NCBI GenBank assembly: GCA_030704615.1
Contig: CM060731.1
Location: 48,856,001-48,920,000, forward strand
Direction: 5' to 3'
Origin: Takakia lepidozioides
Lineage: Eukaryota > Plantae > Bryophyta
Length of the DNA: 64,000 nt
The notes under the pieces are model-generated. The model had not been told where the DNA came from, searched no databases, and worked only from the letters and a program-made list of their open reading frames with translations. A program made the position numbers and the translations under genes. Below are positions 48,883 to 59,950 of the stretch, piece by piece; the first letter of the stretch is position 1, and each line of letters opens with the position of its first letter.

Positions 48883-49650
48883 CCAAGAATGGTGGAATGG
48901 TGTCCACAGCTTATACCTGACAAAGGGGGACTGTTTGGGACAAATGGTAATCCTCCACTCCGATAAAGGGTAGCATTCTTCTCTTGTCTGCTTCATTTAA
49001 TTTTTCTGTTCACCCATCCAAAATTGAGAGCGTCAACGCACTCAATTCTGAAGGGGTGAAGTTGCACTGTTCTTTTGCCCTTTTGTATGCATTCGCTCAT
49101 TTGTGCTTTGTGTTGTCTTCAGTGCAGACCCGCCTTTTTGAAGCCATCTGTCTCGTCAGGGTGCACCCTTCTTCGACTCTTGCTGCAGTGAAGGAGTTCA
49201 GGCTTCATGGGAGAGGTTGTTTCATGAACAATTACGTGGATTCGAATGTCTGTTTGAGAAAGTCGAATAGAACACCATGGAGAGGGGCCAAGGAGAAGAG
49301 TCCAACTTTTATTCAAACTGTTATTGAGACACGTTCTCATCCGGGGGCGTGCATCGTCGACCTGACTCTTGGAACAAGTTTGACATCTCTCATTCTGTGG
49401 TTTTTTTTCCCTTAATACACAATTTGCAACATCTTAGTAACATAACTGTGTCTTGCAGGAGCTTCGTACCATGCTTGCAAGGTAGCGGGCCGACATTTGT
49501 TGGGTATGGAAGGGGATGCAACCATTTCTACTGAGACTCCAGGAGTTGCAAGGGCCAATGCCTGCCGCCAAAGAGCAGGAGGTTGTAGTGCATGTTGATA
49601 TCAATGAGGGAGATGACAAGGACCTCGACGACGATTTCACATGTGAGTAA
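48883..49650 (+). pseudogene. Spliced C-terminal part of an N4/N6 (beta-class-like) DNA methyltransferase
   Basis: Exons 48883-48946, 49128-49377 and 49459 onward, with GT-AG introns, give ..KEKSPTFIQTVIETRSHPGACIVDLTLGT-x-ASYHACKVAGRHLLGMEGD. This matches KP..L...I...S.PG..VLDPF.GSGTT..A....GR..IG.E. Confidence 0.65.
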
Positions 49651-50934
49651 GTTCGTTTGGTGTTCGTTTCCCAGTTATAGCATGTGCAGCGGCCCCCCCC
49701 CCCCCCCTATGCCTTTCACATTAGCTAATGCAATACATGTAATTTGGGTGGCAGGACATTGAAAGCTATTCCTTTGCACGACGTCTCTGTTCATGCTTAG
49801 CCTCATATGTTCAAGGGCACCACACAAATGCCTAACATTGGTTATGGGTCAAACAAAGAAGACAAAACATGTGCTGCCTAGTGGTTTCGTCAAATTTTTG
49901 GTGCACAATGTGAAAGACCTAGAACTCCTCCTCATGCACAACCGGTAGCCAAATTCATCTTCTAATATGTTGTTACAACTAATGGGTATGCTTACAACTA
50001 ATGAATAAGCTTGAAAATTTCATGCTCTCTCAGGAGAGATGAGCAGATTGTACCTCACTGGCAAGGCAACTAGGTCGCATTTTCAGTCCAGTGCCAGTTT
50101 AGGGTGGTGATCTGGTGTGTTGCAGGAAGTATGGTGCTGAAATGGCTCACAATGTGTCGACATTGAAGAGGAAAGCAAAAGTGGAGCGTACTGCACAGTG
50201 GAATGTTGCAGTAACCAGTGGGAGAAAATAAAAAAATCAAAGATCTGTCTCACATCTGCTGTGTTGTCTTATTCTACGTTGCTTTCATCAGTCTACCTTT
50301 CCCCAAATGGCAGACATCGTGGATATCATGTGCTTCATGAGGGATTTTCTCCAATTTGTGATGTTTGTGCAAACGACATTGATTGTTGTGCTTGGTTCAG
50401 ATAAATGTTAGAATGACATCCTCATTCAACATTCATCCACTCTCATACATCCACATTCATCCACAATTTTTCATCCACATTCATCCATATTCGGAGCGTG
50501 CTGACTTTCCTTCATCCTCATTAATTCATCCACAACCATTTTTCTATATTCGGTCTCTACAAACACAATCATTCAACAACATTCAGTATAAGCTCTCTTC
50601 TGCACTTCGCCTCGTCGCCCACATATGGTTCCCTATGTGCCGAATGCGCAAGTCCGCGGCTATAGGCACCCTTCTGCCTATTCGGTCACGGTTATAGGTC
50701 CGTGCCTATGGAAATGACGTGGCTTCACGTGACGTGGCGTCAGACCCATGAGCCAACGTAACAATAACTGTTGACGTGGCGTGAGCCTAGCTGCGCTCAT
50801 ATGCTCACGCTCACACGCTCGCGCGGAAGCATCCCCCCAACTGGTGTACATGCTTTATGGCCCCTCTGGGGTTTTATTTTTTCCCCAATCAAATAAAGTT
50901 CAGGGCTTCATCCCTTTGCAAAAACAAAAACAAT

Positions 50935-51700
50935 CAGAGCTCATACTTTATGGCAGATTTGGAAAGCTAGATGTGCCCATGTCTTTGTTGGGAGGCCATG
51001 TAGTGTGAGAAGTGATTCTTTGCTTGGTCCACTCAGACCTGCTGTATGAGGCCCGTAAGGCGTGGTGGGTGTTGAGGGAAGCTCTTCGCAGATGTGACAG
51101 CAGAAGGGGGACTCAACTTCTCACCCACTTCGACAGCACTTGGGGAAAGGGAGCCACCATATGCTCTAGAGACCCAGCGGGGACCGAAATTCGCTGGGAG
51201 GACTCCATCCCTCCAAGCTGGGAGCTCCTTTAGTTCCCAATCTTCCCTGGCTGAAGAGAGGAATCAAAAGTAAATTGGAGGCACCACCATTCTCTTAGGA
51301 AAATCAGATCTAGGACCCAACTGTCTTTTGTTTCTTACAAAAGAAAGCGCGAAAGCTACAAACTCTTCTTTCCTGGTTTCTCTCAACAGCTTTTATGCAC
51401 TCTGCTACATGCTCTCTGCTCCTGCTGCTTGTTCCTTTTTTACCTTCTCAACTTACTACATTTTGTTTTACATCAAAGGTTCCCCTATAGAGGGCTTTGG
51501 CTTTCTTTGTGACTCTGGTTTTGAGATTGCAGAACCTTGAATGCGCTTTCTTCGCCCTCTTCTTAGACTTGGTTACGAAGCAGAGTCTTCCTGGATCAGC
51601 CTCTATGGCACCCTTGGAAGAGGTTATTTTTTCCTCTTTGTACTTCTTGGATGTTTCATCCCCATACTGTAAAGTTTCAAGGCTACTATCTTCTTTTCTT
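50935..51700 (+). mobile_element. 5'-truncated LINE 3' fragment
   Basis: LYEARKAW..FDSTWGKGATICS..WEDSIPPSW, homologous to the other LINE C-termini. Same tail motif at about 51604-51635. Confidence 0.75.
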
Positions 51701-51955
51701 AACCTGAATCAGGTCGATTGGATATTTCAACCGTCTGTTTCAACCGTCTGTGGGCCCCTTGGATGACTCTGGATGAAAATGGGCCCTGAACAAAAGTTGT
51801 AGCCCTTTTAAATTCTGCGCCAGCTAGAATTTATTGCACCCTAATTGGATAAATCCTACGCCGTTAGGATTTTTTGAATTGATGACTTGTACCCAAAATC
51901 CAATGGTTTGGGGTCCTCCACGGGCTTTGACCTAGCCATATGGCAGGCAAAATGA

Positions 51956-52425
51956 CACTATAGGAAAAGGGGGGGGGGGGGGGGGGGGTTCGACGCCGCA
52001 GCCACGCCGCGGCGTCGTAAAACAGCCCTTTTCGGGCAGGGGGGAAGAACCAAATTTGCGACGCCCGGACGTCGCCAAAAAAACGTCGCAAATTTGTGAC
52101 CAATGCTACGCAGAATTAGCACCGTCCGGGGGTCACAATGTGCGACGCCCGGACGTCACAATTTAAGGGGGTGCATTTGAATTTAGGCGGGAAAAAATAA
52201 ATTTGAAATTTGAATTTCAAAAATTTGTTGACCATTGACTCCGGCGTTGACCATTGACTTCGGTTTTGTCTAATGGCGATATGTTCATTGTTCTACATAT
52301 ATCATGCAATGCATACTTGAACCTAAGACCTCCACATTATAACATTTCTAAGACACTACAAACTAACCAACACACCTACGCTACATCTATGTATCATTAA
52401 AGCAATCTAAATATATATATACACA
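51956..52425 (+). mobile_element. Truncated left end of the CACTA 1 family
   Basis: CACTATAGGAAAA plus poly-G and about 450 bp collinear with 16729-17250. No right end found. Confidence 0.85.
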
Positions 52426-52563
52426 GTATACGCTTGTGGGTCGGGCTGATTTGGGGGAGTTGCATTCCAATACTGTGCACTGGTTCATTTTGGGGAGGGG
52501 TCTTCTAATCTTTTTGGGCCACGATGAGGCCTCCTTTGACATGTTGAGGGTGACGATGGGTAT

Positions 52564-54120
52564 ATGGGCAACTCTGCTAACGAAGCAGATTGGGAAAATG
52601 AGGTGGTTGATATGGAGTGTGATGAGGAACCAACCGCTGGTTTTGTGGAGATGTTCAAGGCGAAGACGTGGGAAACCAATGCAAGCTATGACTTTGCGAG
52701 TGATAGAGCTGTTTTTACTGGCCCTCAACCTGGTCCCTGCCTGCCTGAGATGAAGGGCTCATATCCGATTTGGTTTTTTCGTTTGTTTTGGAGGCGACAC
52801 GTGCTTGGGCGAATATGTAGGGAGTCCAATCGTTATGCTGCTGAACCTTTGAGTATGGGCCCTCGTGGGGGGCCTTGGTGGAAAGAGCTCACTGTTCCTG
52901 AGCTGAGGGCTTGGATTGGAGTCTATGTCTTCATGATGGGCATGAAGAAATTGCCCTGAACACGGTTTTACTTTGCAACACTTGGAGACATTCTTCGCTT
53001 CCCTGTCATCTGCAAAGTCATGACTCGAGATAGGTATGAGGTCATACTCCGATTTTGCATCTTGTTGACAACGCCACACTGGTGGCAGATTGTAAGAGTC
53101 CCAATTACGACAAGCTTGGAAAGCTTAGGTAGGCGTGTGATGAGATTGTGGATAGGTGTAGAAATATCTGGAATCTGAACAAAATGGTGACCGTCGACGA
53201 GGTCATGATCCGTTACAAGGGGAAGTACTCCCCAATAGGATGTATATGCCTAAGAAACCATGCAAATGGGGCATAAAGGTGTGGGCCTTAGCTGACTCGG
53301 AGATTTCATATGTCTACGATTTTTCAGTGGACTCTAGTAAGAATGCAGGAGGACCAGATGGCCAGAGGCAGAAAAGGCACGGTTTGGGGCATGTCATTGT
53401 GACTGGCAATTACTTTACCGAGGTCCAGCTTCTTTCTGACATGGCCAAACTTGGCACTTGGGCCAATGGCATGGTAAGATTGAACAGAAAGGGTCTCCCT
53501 CCCTCTTTGCTGAAAATGAAAAATCCAAGACTGCCAAGCAAAGGCAGTCATGGTACAGGATGTATGAGTCGAAGGAGGTGGCTACTGTGTTGTGGTGAGA
53601 CAAGAATGGGGTATTTTTACTGTCATCTGCAGCTAGGCCAGCTTGCAGCCCTTCCTCTCCTGTGACTGTACGCCGTTTTGTGGAAAACCAGAGAGTGCCT
53701 GTGCCATCCGTGCCTGCACATGTGCATGCGAGGGGTAGATGTGCAGGACCAGCTTAGGGGTGCGTACAACTTGCAGCTGCGCACAAAGAAGTGGTGGCAT
53801 CGTCTGTTTTTGTTTCTTATGGATACTACGTTGGCCGTGAATGCGTATATCATTGCATTCTGCAATGGAGAGAAGGATGGGGCGTCGGGCCATGACCCAT
53901 CTGCAATTCAATCTGGCTGTAGCATATGGTTTGACAACGAGCTGCTGCACTGACAACATTGATACCATTGGGGATTCACAATGCACGTTTGTGCATCAGT
54001 GCCTTCACACCACACGGCGGCGAGTGTGTGTCATGTGTCATGTTCGTACTCACCATTAGTGCCCTGGCTGTGATGACAAACACTTGTGTCTTGGCGGTGC
54101 TGGAATGAGGCACACCGGCA
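52564..54120 (+). pseudogene. Decayed piggyBac-type (DDE_Tnp_1_7 / PGBD-like) transposase
   Basis: WKELTVPELRAWIG, MTRDRY, VTVDEVMIRYKGK, YMPKKPCKWGIKVWALADS, TGNYFT (D changed to G), MRGVDVQDQL, KKWWHRLF and a Cys-rich C-terminus CVMC..CPGC..LC...C...H. Frameshifts and stops. Candidate right end GGGG-TTAA at 55631-55638. Confidence 0.88.
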
Positions 54121-55914
54121 TACCTCGAGGTGACTGAATTCTGGCTTATTGTGGTGTCTTTTTTCTTGTGTGTGCATATGGTTGTGTGGGTGGGGGTTCA
54201 CCGGGGTGTGGGATGCATGCATGTATGCTGGAGGGTGTGGATGGCGTGTGTGTGTGGGGCATGGGGTGTGGGTGTCTCTGATGTATGGTGGGTATGGGTG
54301 TTTCTCAGGTTGGGGGGTTGTGTGTGTCCATGCTGGGTGACGGGCAGTGAGGGTCATGGGGGGCTGGTGGTGATGGTTGACGGGCAGTGGAGGGTGTGGG
54401 GGTCATATTTGGGTCTGTTGTTGTTGGTTGATGGGCAGTTTTGGGGGGTCATGGGGGTCTGCTGTTTGCTCATTTTGGGCTGTGGAGGTGATGGGGGACT
54501 GGTGATGGTTCACAAGCTGTGGGGATGATGGGGATCTGCTGCTGCTGGTTGAGGGGCTATGGAGGTGACGGGGGTCCTTCGGTCTTGGCGTGTGTGCGTT
54601 GTGTTTGGGTGGTTTCACAGTTTTGGGGAGGGGAGGGGAGGGGGGTGTAGCAGTCATGCTTGCTGGTTTTGGTTTTGGGGGTCATGCTTGCTTCTTTGAA
54701 GGGGGGGGGGGGGGAATCGTCTGTACACTAGGCATATCGGGGGGTTCAACTCCCCCCCCCCCAGTTTGTGGATCATGTCTTCGGGGTGGTCTCTGGTTTG
54801 GATTCACTGCATTCAAAGCAAAAGCAGGTGCTCGCGGGGAGCTTCAACACAGATGGCCCACATTCGTGACGGTTGGTAGTTGTTAGTTTTTGAGTTGCAT
54901 GTCGGGTGCAACGCCGAAACGTCGGGCTTCCCCGGGCCTTCTTTGGGTGTCGATTTTGGGGTCCCCTATGTTTTCATTGTAATCGGTGATGTAGCCCCCT
55001 TTTTGTAGCCAGAATTGTCTACCGGCTCGGGCAATACTTGGCTTGAGCTGGGATTCAAGTAGAGATACACCTAAATTGAAATCTCTGCCTGCATTTTGGT
55101 TAGAATTCAGGAATTCTTTTTGGAGGTATTAGGAAATCATTCAAGGAACAATTCCACCGTTGCAATTGTGGTTCCAATGCCAATTTGGACACCCCTATGG
55201 CTGAATTACAGGTCAATTGAGCTAAATGGTGCTTTTTGACCCCCCTTGTTTTCCCATACAAAGCAACCCTATGCAGATTTTGCAATTCTGCTTTGCAAAT
55301 TTGGGGGAAGATGCTTTAGGTGCCTGTGAATTGGAATGTGGTTGGGGTCTTGCAAGGAAAAAATATTTTTTCGGACCAATTGCCTGGTCAAACCAAATTT
55401 TCCCTCTAAAATTGGAGTATATACTGCAGATTTAGGGCTGACCATTTTGCTATAATCTTCCTAATGACATAGTGAAATGGGCTGGAATTTTTACAGCAGG
55501 TGCATGAGGTAAGTAGCCTCCTTTCATACTGTTCATCCCTGTGGATGTTTGTTAGCTGGGAAATATACCCTCATCCGTGAGGGTATGTGCTGTTTTTGAG
55601 TGGGCCCACCAAAAACAGCCTCGTCCATTAGGGGTTAAATTAAAAAAAATAAAAATCCCGGACTCGCCCACCATAAGACACACACACCCTAGTCAGTGAA
55701 GAAAGGAAGCAGACCCTCGATACCAAACGACCAAACGCTGTCCCTGTCGCCTTCTTTGTCTATGCATCTCACATGTGCAATGAGGAGCTGCTAAAGCGGA
55801 GATGCTTTGAAGCAGTAAAGTATAGAATGGCTCTGGCAGGAGGTTATCCTTGGGAGAGGATCCTAAGCGACAACATCTCTGAGAAGATATGGCTGCTAGC
55901 TGGCCACTCGTGGT

Positions 55915-56020
55915 TCTCACAGAGAAGTTCGAGAGCTGCAGAGTTTAGACATAAGTGTACAAAGGAGGCCCTTTGGATTGCGAGTTCCCTCCTTGGGTGA
56001 AAGCAGAACCAGCTGCCAAG
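55915..56020 (+). pseudogene. Degenerate PDF-like motif half upstream of the PPR gene
   Basis: RSSRAAEFRHKCTKEALWI, then after one frameshift FPPWVKAE; compare the PDF consensus R.PR.PDFKHK.T.EALW...PPWV. Confidence 0.55.
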
Positions 56021-56267
56021 ATTCAATGTCGAGCAAAATCTGGTGATGGTTCTGATTACCGTCAGCTCCAGGCCAGAACTAGAAAGGGTATTCTTTTGGT
56101 GATGATTCAAGGGAGAATCCAAACTGTTAATTCTCAATGCAGTAACCGATTGTAACTTGTTAAGAAGTAGATGGAAGCCTATCCTTACAAGAGATTGTTC
56201 TTTGAAGCGCCTAGTATAACCATTTTGAGTTCAAAGATTTCGAACTAAGAGTTTGGAGTCATGCAGG

Positions 56268-58610
56268 ATGACAGGGCTAAATCATGTAGAGTTGTTCGCT
56301 GGACATCAGACTTGCGGTGTGGGTGGCACATCGACCATCCCCACTGCTCTTGGAAGAGGATCAATAGAAGGAGTCAACAAGAATTCTCCTGCCACTAGTG
56401 GTGATATGAGAACATTAAGTAAAGTAGGACAAGCGAAAGAGGTGCTGCACTTTTTGCACCACCCAGGCATTTGGTTGGACTCGGATACTTATGTCTGCCT
56501 CTTGCAGAAGTGTACCAACAGGAAAGACCTGGCAGAGGGAAAGCAGGTGCACACCCACATCATCCAAAGTGGATTCAAGCCGAACATATTTCTGTTGAAC
56601 ACCCTTGTCAATATGTATGCCAAGTGTGGGAGCACAAGGGACTCTCGGGAAGTATTTGACAAAATGTCTGAACGAAATGCCTATACATGGACTATAATGA
56701 TAGCAGGTTATGCCCAGCATGGGTTTAGTAGGGAGGCTCTGGAGATCTACGAGCAAATGCAACAGAAAGGCGTGATGGCGGATAAGGTCACGTTCATTTC
56801 TGTTCTCAATGCGTGTGCCAGCCTAGGGGCTGTTGAAAAGGGCAGAGAGGTCCATGCCGACATCATCAAAGCTAGAATTGCGCCATACGTAAATTTGGAG
56901 AATACCCTTGTTGACATGTATGCCAAATGCGGTAGTATGGAGGATGCAAGCCAAGTGTTCAACAATATGGCTCAACGAAATGTGGTCTCATGGAACACCA
57001 TGATCGCAGGATATGCCCAGCATGGGTGTTGGACACAGGCATTTGAGATGTATCGGCAAATGCAAGATGAGGGGGTAAGACCGGACAGGGTCACCTTCAT
57101 CTGTGTTCTCAATGCATGTGCAAGCCTAGGAGCCCTGGAAAAAGGCAAAGAAGTCCATGCTGAAATCATCAAAGCCGGAGTTCCATCATATCTAAATTTG
57201 GAGAATACGCTTGTTGACATGTACGCCAAATGTGGGAGCATGATGAATGCTCGGCAATTGTTTGACAATATGGTTAAGCGGAATGTGGTCTCATGGACGG
57301 CGATGATTGCAGGATGTGCTGCTCATCAGGGTTGTGGTAGGGAGGCTTTCAACTTGTATGAGCAAATGCAGCAGGAAGGGGTGACACCCAACAGGATCAC
57401 GTTCATTTCTGTTCTCCATGCATGTGCCAACCTAGGAGTCCTGGAAATGGGCAAAAAGGTCCATGCTGACATAATCAAAGCTGGAATTGTGCTAGATAGT
57501 AATTTGGAGATAACCCTGGTAAACATGTTTTTCAAATGCGGGAGTGTGAAGGATGCGCGTCAAGTGTTTGACAATATGGCTGAACGAGATGTGGTTTCAT
57601 GGAGTGCAATGATCGCAGGGTATGCTCAGGGTGGTTGTGGTAGGGAGTCTTTCAAGATGTATGAGCAAATGCTATGTGAAGGGGTGACACCCAACAGCAT
57701 CACGTTCATTTGCATTCTCAATGCATGTGCCAGCCTAGGAGCCCTGGAAAAGGGCATCCAGGTCCATGCTGACATCATGAAAGCCGGAATTTTATCATAC
57801 ATCAATTTGGATAATGCTCTTATTAACATGTATGCCAAATGTGGGAGTATGAAGGATGCACGTCAAGTGTTTGACAATATGGCTGAACAAGATGTGGTCT
57901 CATGGACTGCATTGATTGCAGGATATGCTCAGCATGGATGTGTTAGGGAGGTCCTCGAACTATTTCAGCAAATGCAACTGCAAGGTTTGAAACCTGATGG
58001 TATCACCTTCATATCTCTTCTCTCTGCATGTAGCCATGTGGGTCTGGTGGATGAAGGCCGTTACTACTTTGATTCCATGAGTCAAGATCATGGCGTCAAT
58101 CCTACAGCAGAGCATTTTGGCTGCATGGTGGACCTTCTTGGCCGTGCAGGGCGGTTTGATGAGGCAGAGGATTTGATCAACAAAATGCCAACCAGACCAG
58201 ATGTTGGGGTGTGGAGGGTGTTGCTTGGTGCCAGCAGAATTCATGGCAATGTGAAGGTAGCAGAACGAGCGACGAAAAGTATTCTCCAGAGTGATCCACA
58301 GCACCCTGGAGCTTATGTGCTACTATCCAACATCTATGCTGCAACTGGTAGGTGGGAGGATAAAGCAAAGGTGAGAAAAATGATGGATGACAGAGGTATC
58401 ATAAAGGAGAGGGGCTGCATTGATATTGACAACCAGGTGCATACATTTGTGGTAGAAGACAACTTGCATCCACAAAGTGAGGAAGTCCATGTGGAGCTGA
58501 AGAGATTGTGTCTGCCAATGAGGGAGGCCGGGTACAGGCCTGATACACACTTTTTAGTGCATGATCTGGAGGAGAAAAAGGAGATATTTGGAAGGAGTGA
58601 TGGGTGCTGA
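56268..58610 (+). CDS. PLS-class PPR protein, E+ type (DYW truncated); putative organellar RNA-editing specificity factor
   Basis: Open ORF with 17 motifs, L-S-(P-L-S)x4-P2-L2-S2, then E1, E2, a degenerate PG box and HPQSEEV..AGYRPDT..HDLEE. It stops before the HxE..CxxC deaminase signature. The true start may be spliced (CAG at 56264-56266). Confidence 0.9.
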   Translation: MTGLNHVELFAGHQTCGVGGTSTIPTALGRGSIEGVNKNSPATSGDMRTLSKVGQAKEVLHFLHHPGIWLDSDTYVCLLQKCTNRKDLAEGKQVHTHIIQSGFKPNIFLLNTLVNMYAKCGSTRDSREVFDKMSERNAYTWTIMIAGYAQHGFSREALEIYEQMQQKGVMADKVTFISVLNACASLGAVEKGREVHADIIKARIAPYVNLENTLVDMYAKCGSMEDASQVFNNMAQRNVVSWNTMIAGYAQHGCWTQAFEMYRQMQDEGVRPDRVTFICVLNACASLGALEKGKEVHAEIIKAGVPSYLNLENTLVDMYAKCGSMMNARQLFDNMVKRNVVSWTAMIAGCAAHQGCGREAFNLYEQMQQEGVTPNRITFISVLHACANLGVLEMGKKVHADIIKAGIVLDSNLEITLVNMFFKCGSVKDARQVFDNMAERDVVSWSAMIAGYAQGGCGRESFKMYEQMLCEGVTPNSITFICILNACASLGALEKGIQVHADIMKAGILSYINLDNALINMYAKCGSMKDARQVFDNMAEQDVVSWTALIAGYAQHGCVREVLELFQQMQLQGLKPDGITFISLLSACSHVGLVDEGRYYFDSMSQDHGVNPTAEHFGCMVDLLGRAGRFDEAEDLINKMPTRPDVGVWRVLLGASRIHGNVKVAERATKSILQSDPQHPGAYVLLSNIYAATGRWEDKAKVRKMMDDRGIIKERGCIDIDNQVHTFVVEDNLHPQSEEVHVELKRLCLPMREAGYRPDTHFLVHDLEEKKEIFGRSDGC

Positions 58611-58899
58611 AACTAACTTAGCTGTGAAAGGAGATTGACAGGAAATGAGGTTGAGGAGATGCCCACAATTATGTGTCCACATGAGGCAGGGACCTGCAAA
58701 CAGGCGCAGCAAAGGCACTGAAGCAGATGAAAAGATCATACAGGACACCACTAGTGAAGAGGAGCCGACAAGCAGACAAATCAGATGGATATCTTGAAGT
58801 GAATGTTGAAGCCAGGGGGATTTGGAAGGCCAACGGGTATGGACAACACCGACTAAGGCCGTTCAGTTGGGGCTGCTGCTGCAAGCCGAGAACTGGGGT

Positions 58900-59950
58900 T
58901 CCGAAGAATGAGCCATTGAAGATGAACCTTGTATGACCTCTAGCATGGAGGAAAGGGCTCCAGACATATTGGCAGACACGGAAGCCATGCACTTCTTGAC
59001 ATTTGGAGCGTTGAACGATTACCTGAATAGATCAGAGGAGTGCAAGAGGGTTTTGAAAAGGACGAAGCATATCACCATGAGAACGGGGAGGTCTATTATC
59101 AAGGGAAGCTGGTGCCAAGGATTAAGCAGAGGAAATGACTAGCTGTGAAGTGCATACACGAGGAGACTGCGACTTCAGAATCAGGCATACACAGGTGGAG
59201 GTGTGCAGGTGGCTGTTTTGGCACAACTCGCAATGTCAGTTCACTTGGATAGTGGTGTGATTAGATCACAACTGAACAGTATCCCTATCCAAGACATCTT
59301 TTTCAGAGTGACCTTGGATACTGCAGGTCCTTTACCACTTACTGATAGGGGCAACAAGTATGCATGTTGACAATACGAAATGGGTAGAAGCACCAAGCTA
59401 GTTACAGATCACACTGCATTTCTTGGAGGAGATCATGTAGAGATATGGCTGTCCCCACTCCATACTTCATGATATGGCACCGAATGGGGCAATGAATTTG
59501 AAGTAATCTGTGACAAATACAAAAGCAAACAAGAGCGAAGCGCACCATACTGGCCCAGTGTCACGGGATGGTTGAGAGAGTCATCAATTTAATCAAGCAG
59601 CGCATTACAACTATAGGGGTTGAAAAGGACTCTGAATGGATCATAACTTCTAACGTGCATTGTTTGGATACTGAGTGGTTCAGCCACAAAGTTTTCTCCT
59701 TTCCTGGTGCTTACAGGCAATCACCTGGTTTGGATATGTTAAACTTGATTGCAGTCAGTAAGGTTGTTGTTGCTGGGGTTACAATCGAATTCACAAATAC
59801 TGAAGTTTGGAAGGACCCAATGGAACTTATGTTATCCACAAAGATCTCCAGAGTGTAAGCCAGGAACATCTGACAGATCTAATACAGAAGCAATTGCAGT
59901 TAGGATCAGGGGATCTTCAAAGGAGCAATCTTTGGTTTGGTGAAACTCTG
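58900..59950 (+). mobile_element. Highly decayed Ty3/gypsy integrase remnant
   Basis: FFRVTLDTAGPLPLTDRGNKY (about 59300-59360), GTEWGNEF, and APYWPQCHGMVER. Confidence 0.7.

Larger units (their letters stand above)
41620..50836. mobile_element. Mutator (MULE)-like DNA transposon, about 9.2 kb
   Basis: Flanked by the direct repeat CCAACTGGT(G) (41611-41620, 50837-50846). Imperfect G-starting TIRs GGGACGTGACTTCCGCGTGAGCG and (reverse complement) GGGGATGCTTCCGCGCGAGCG. Inverted CCTATAGC/GCTATAGG subterminal motifs. SWIM-finger ORF inside. Confidence 0.85.

Noticed and set aside
48365-49050. Spaced palindromes as a CRISPR array
   Set aside because: Irregular 85-280 bp spacing, degenerate copies, eukaryotic intronic context and no cas genes.
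51699-51720. TTAA-CC as the left end of the piggyBac element
   Set aside because: No inverted-repeat match to the candidate right end at 55610-55634.
54130-54890. Cys/Gly/Val- or His/Pro-rich ORFs
   Set aside because: Artefacts of GT-rich low-complexity DNA downstream of the piggyBac transposase.
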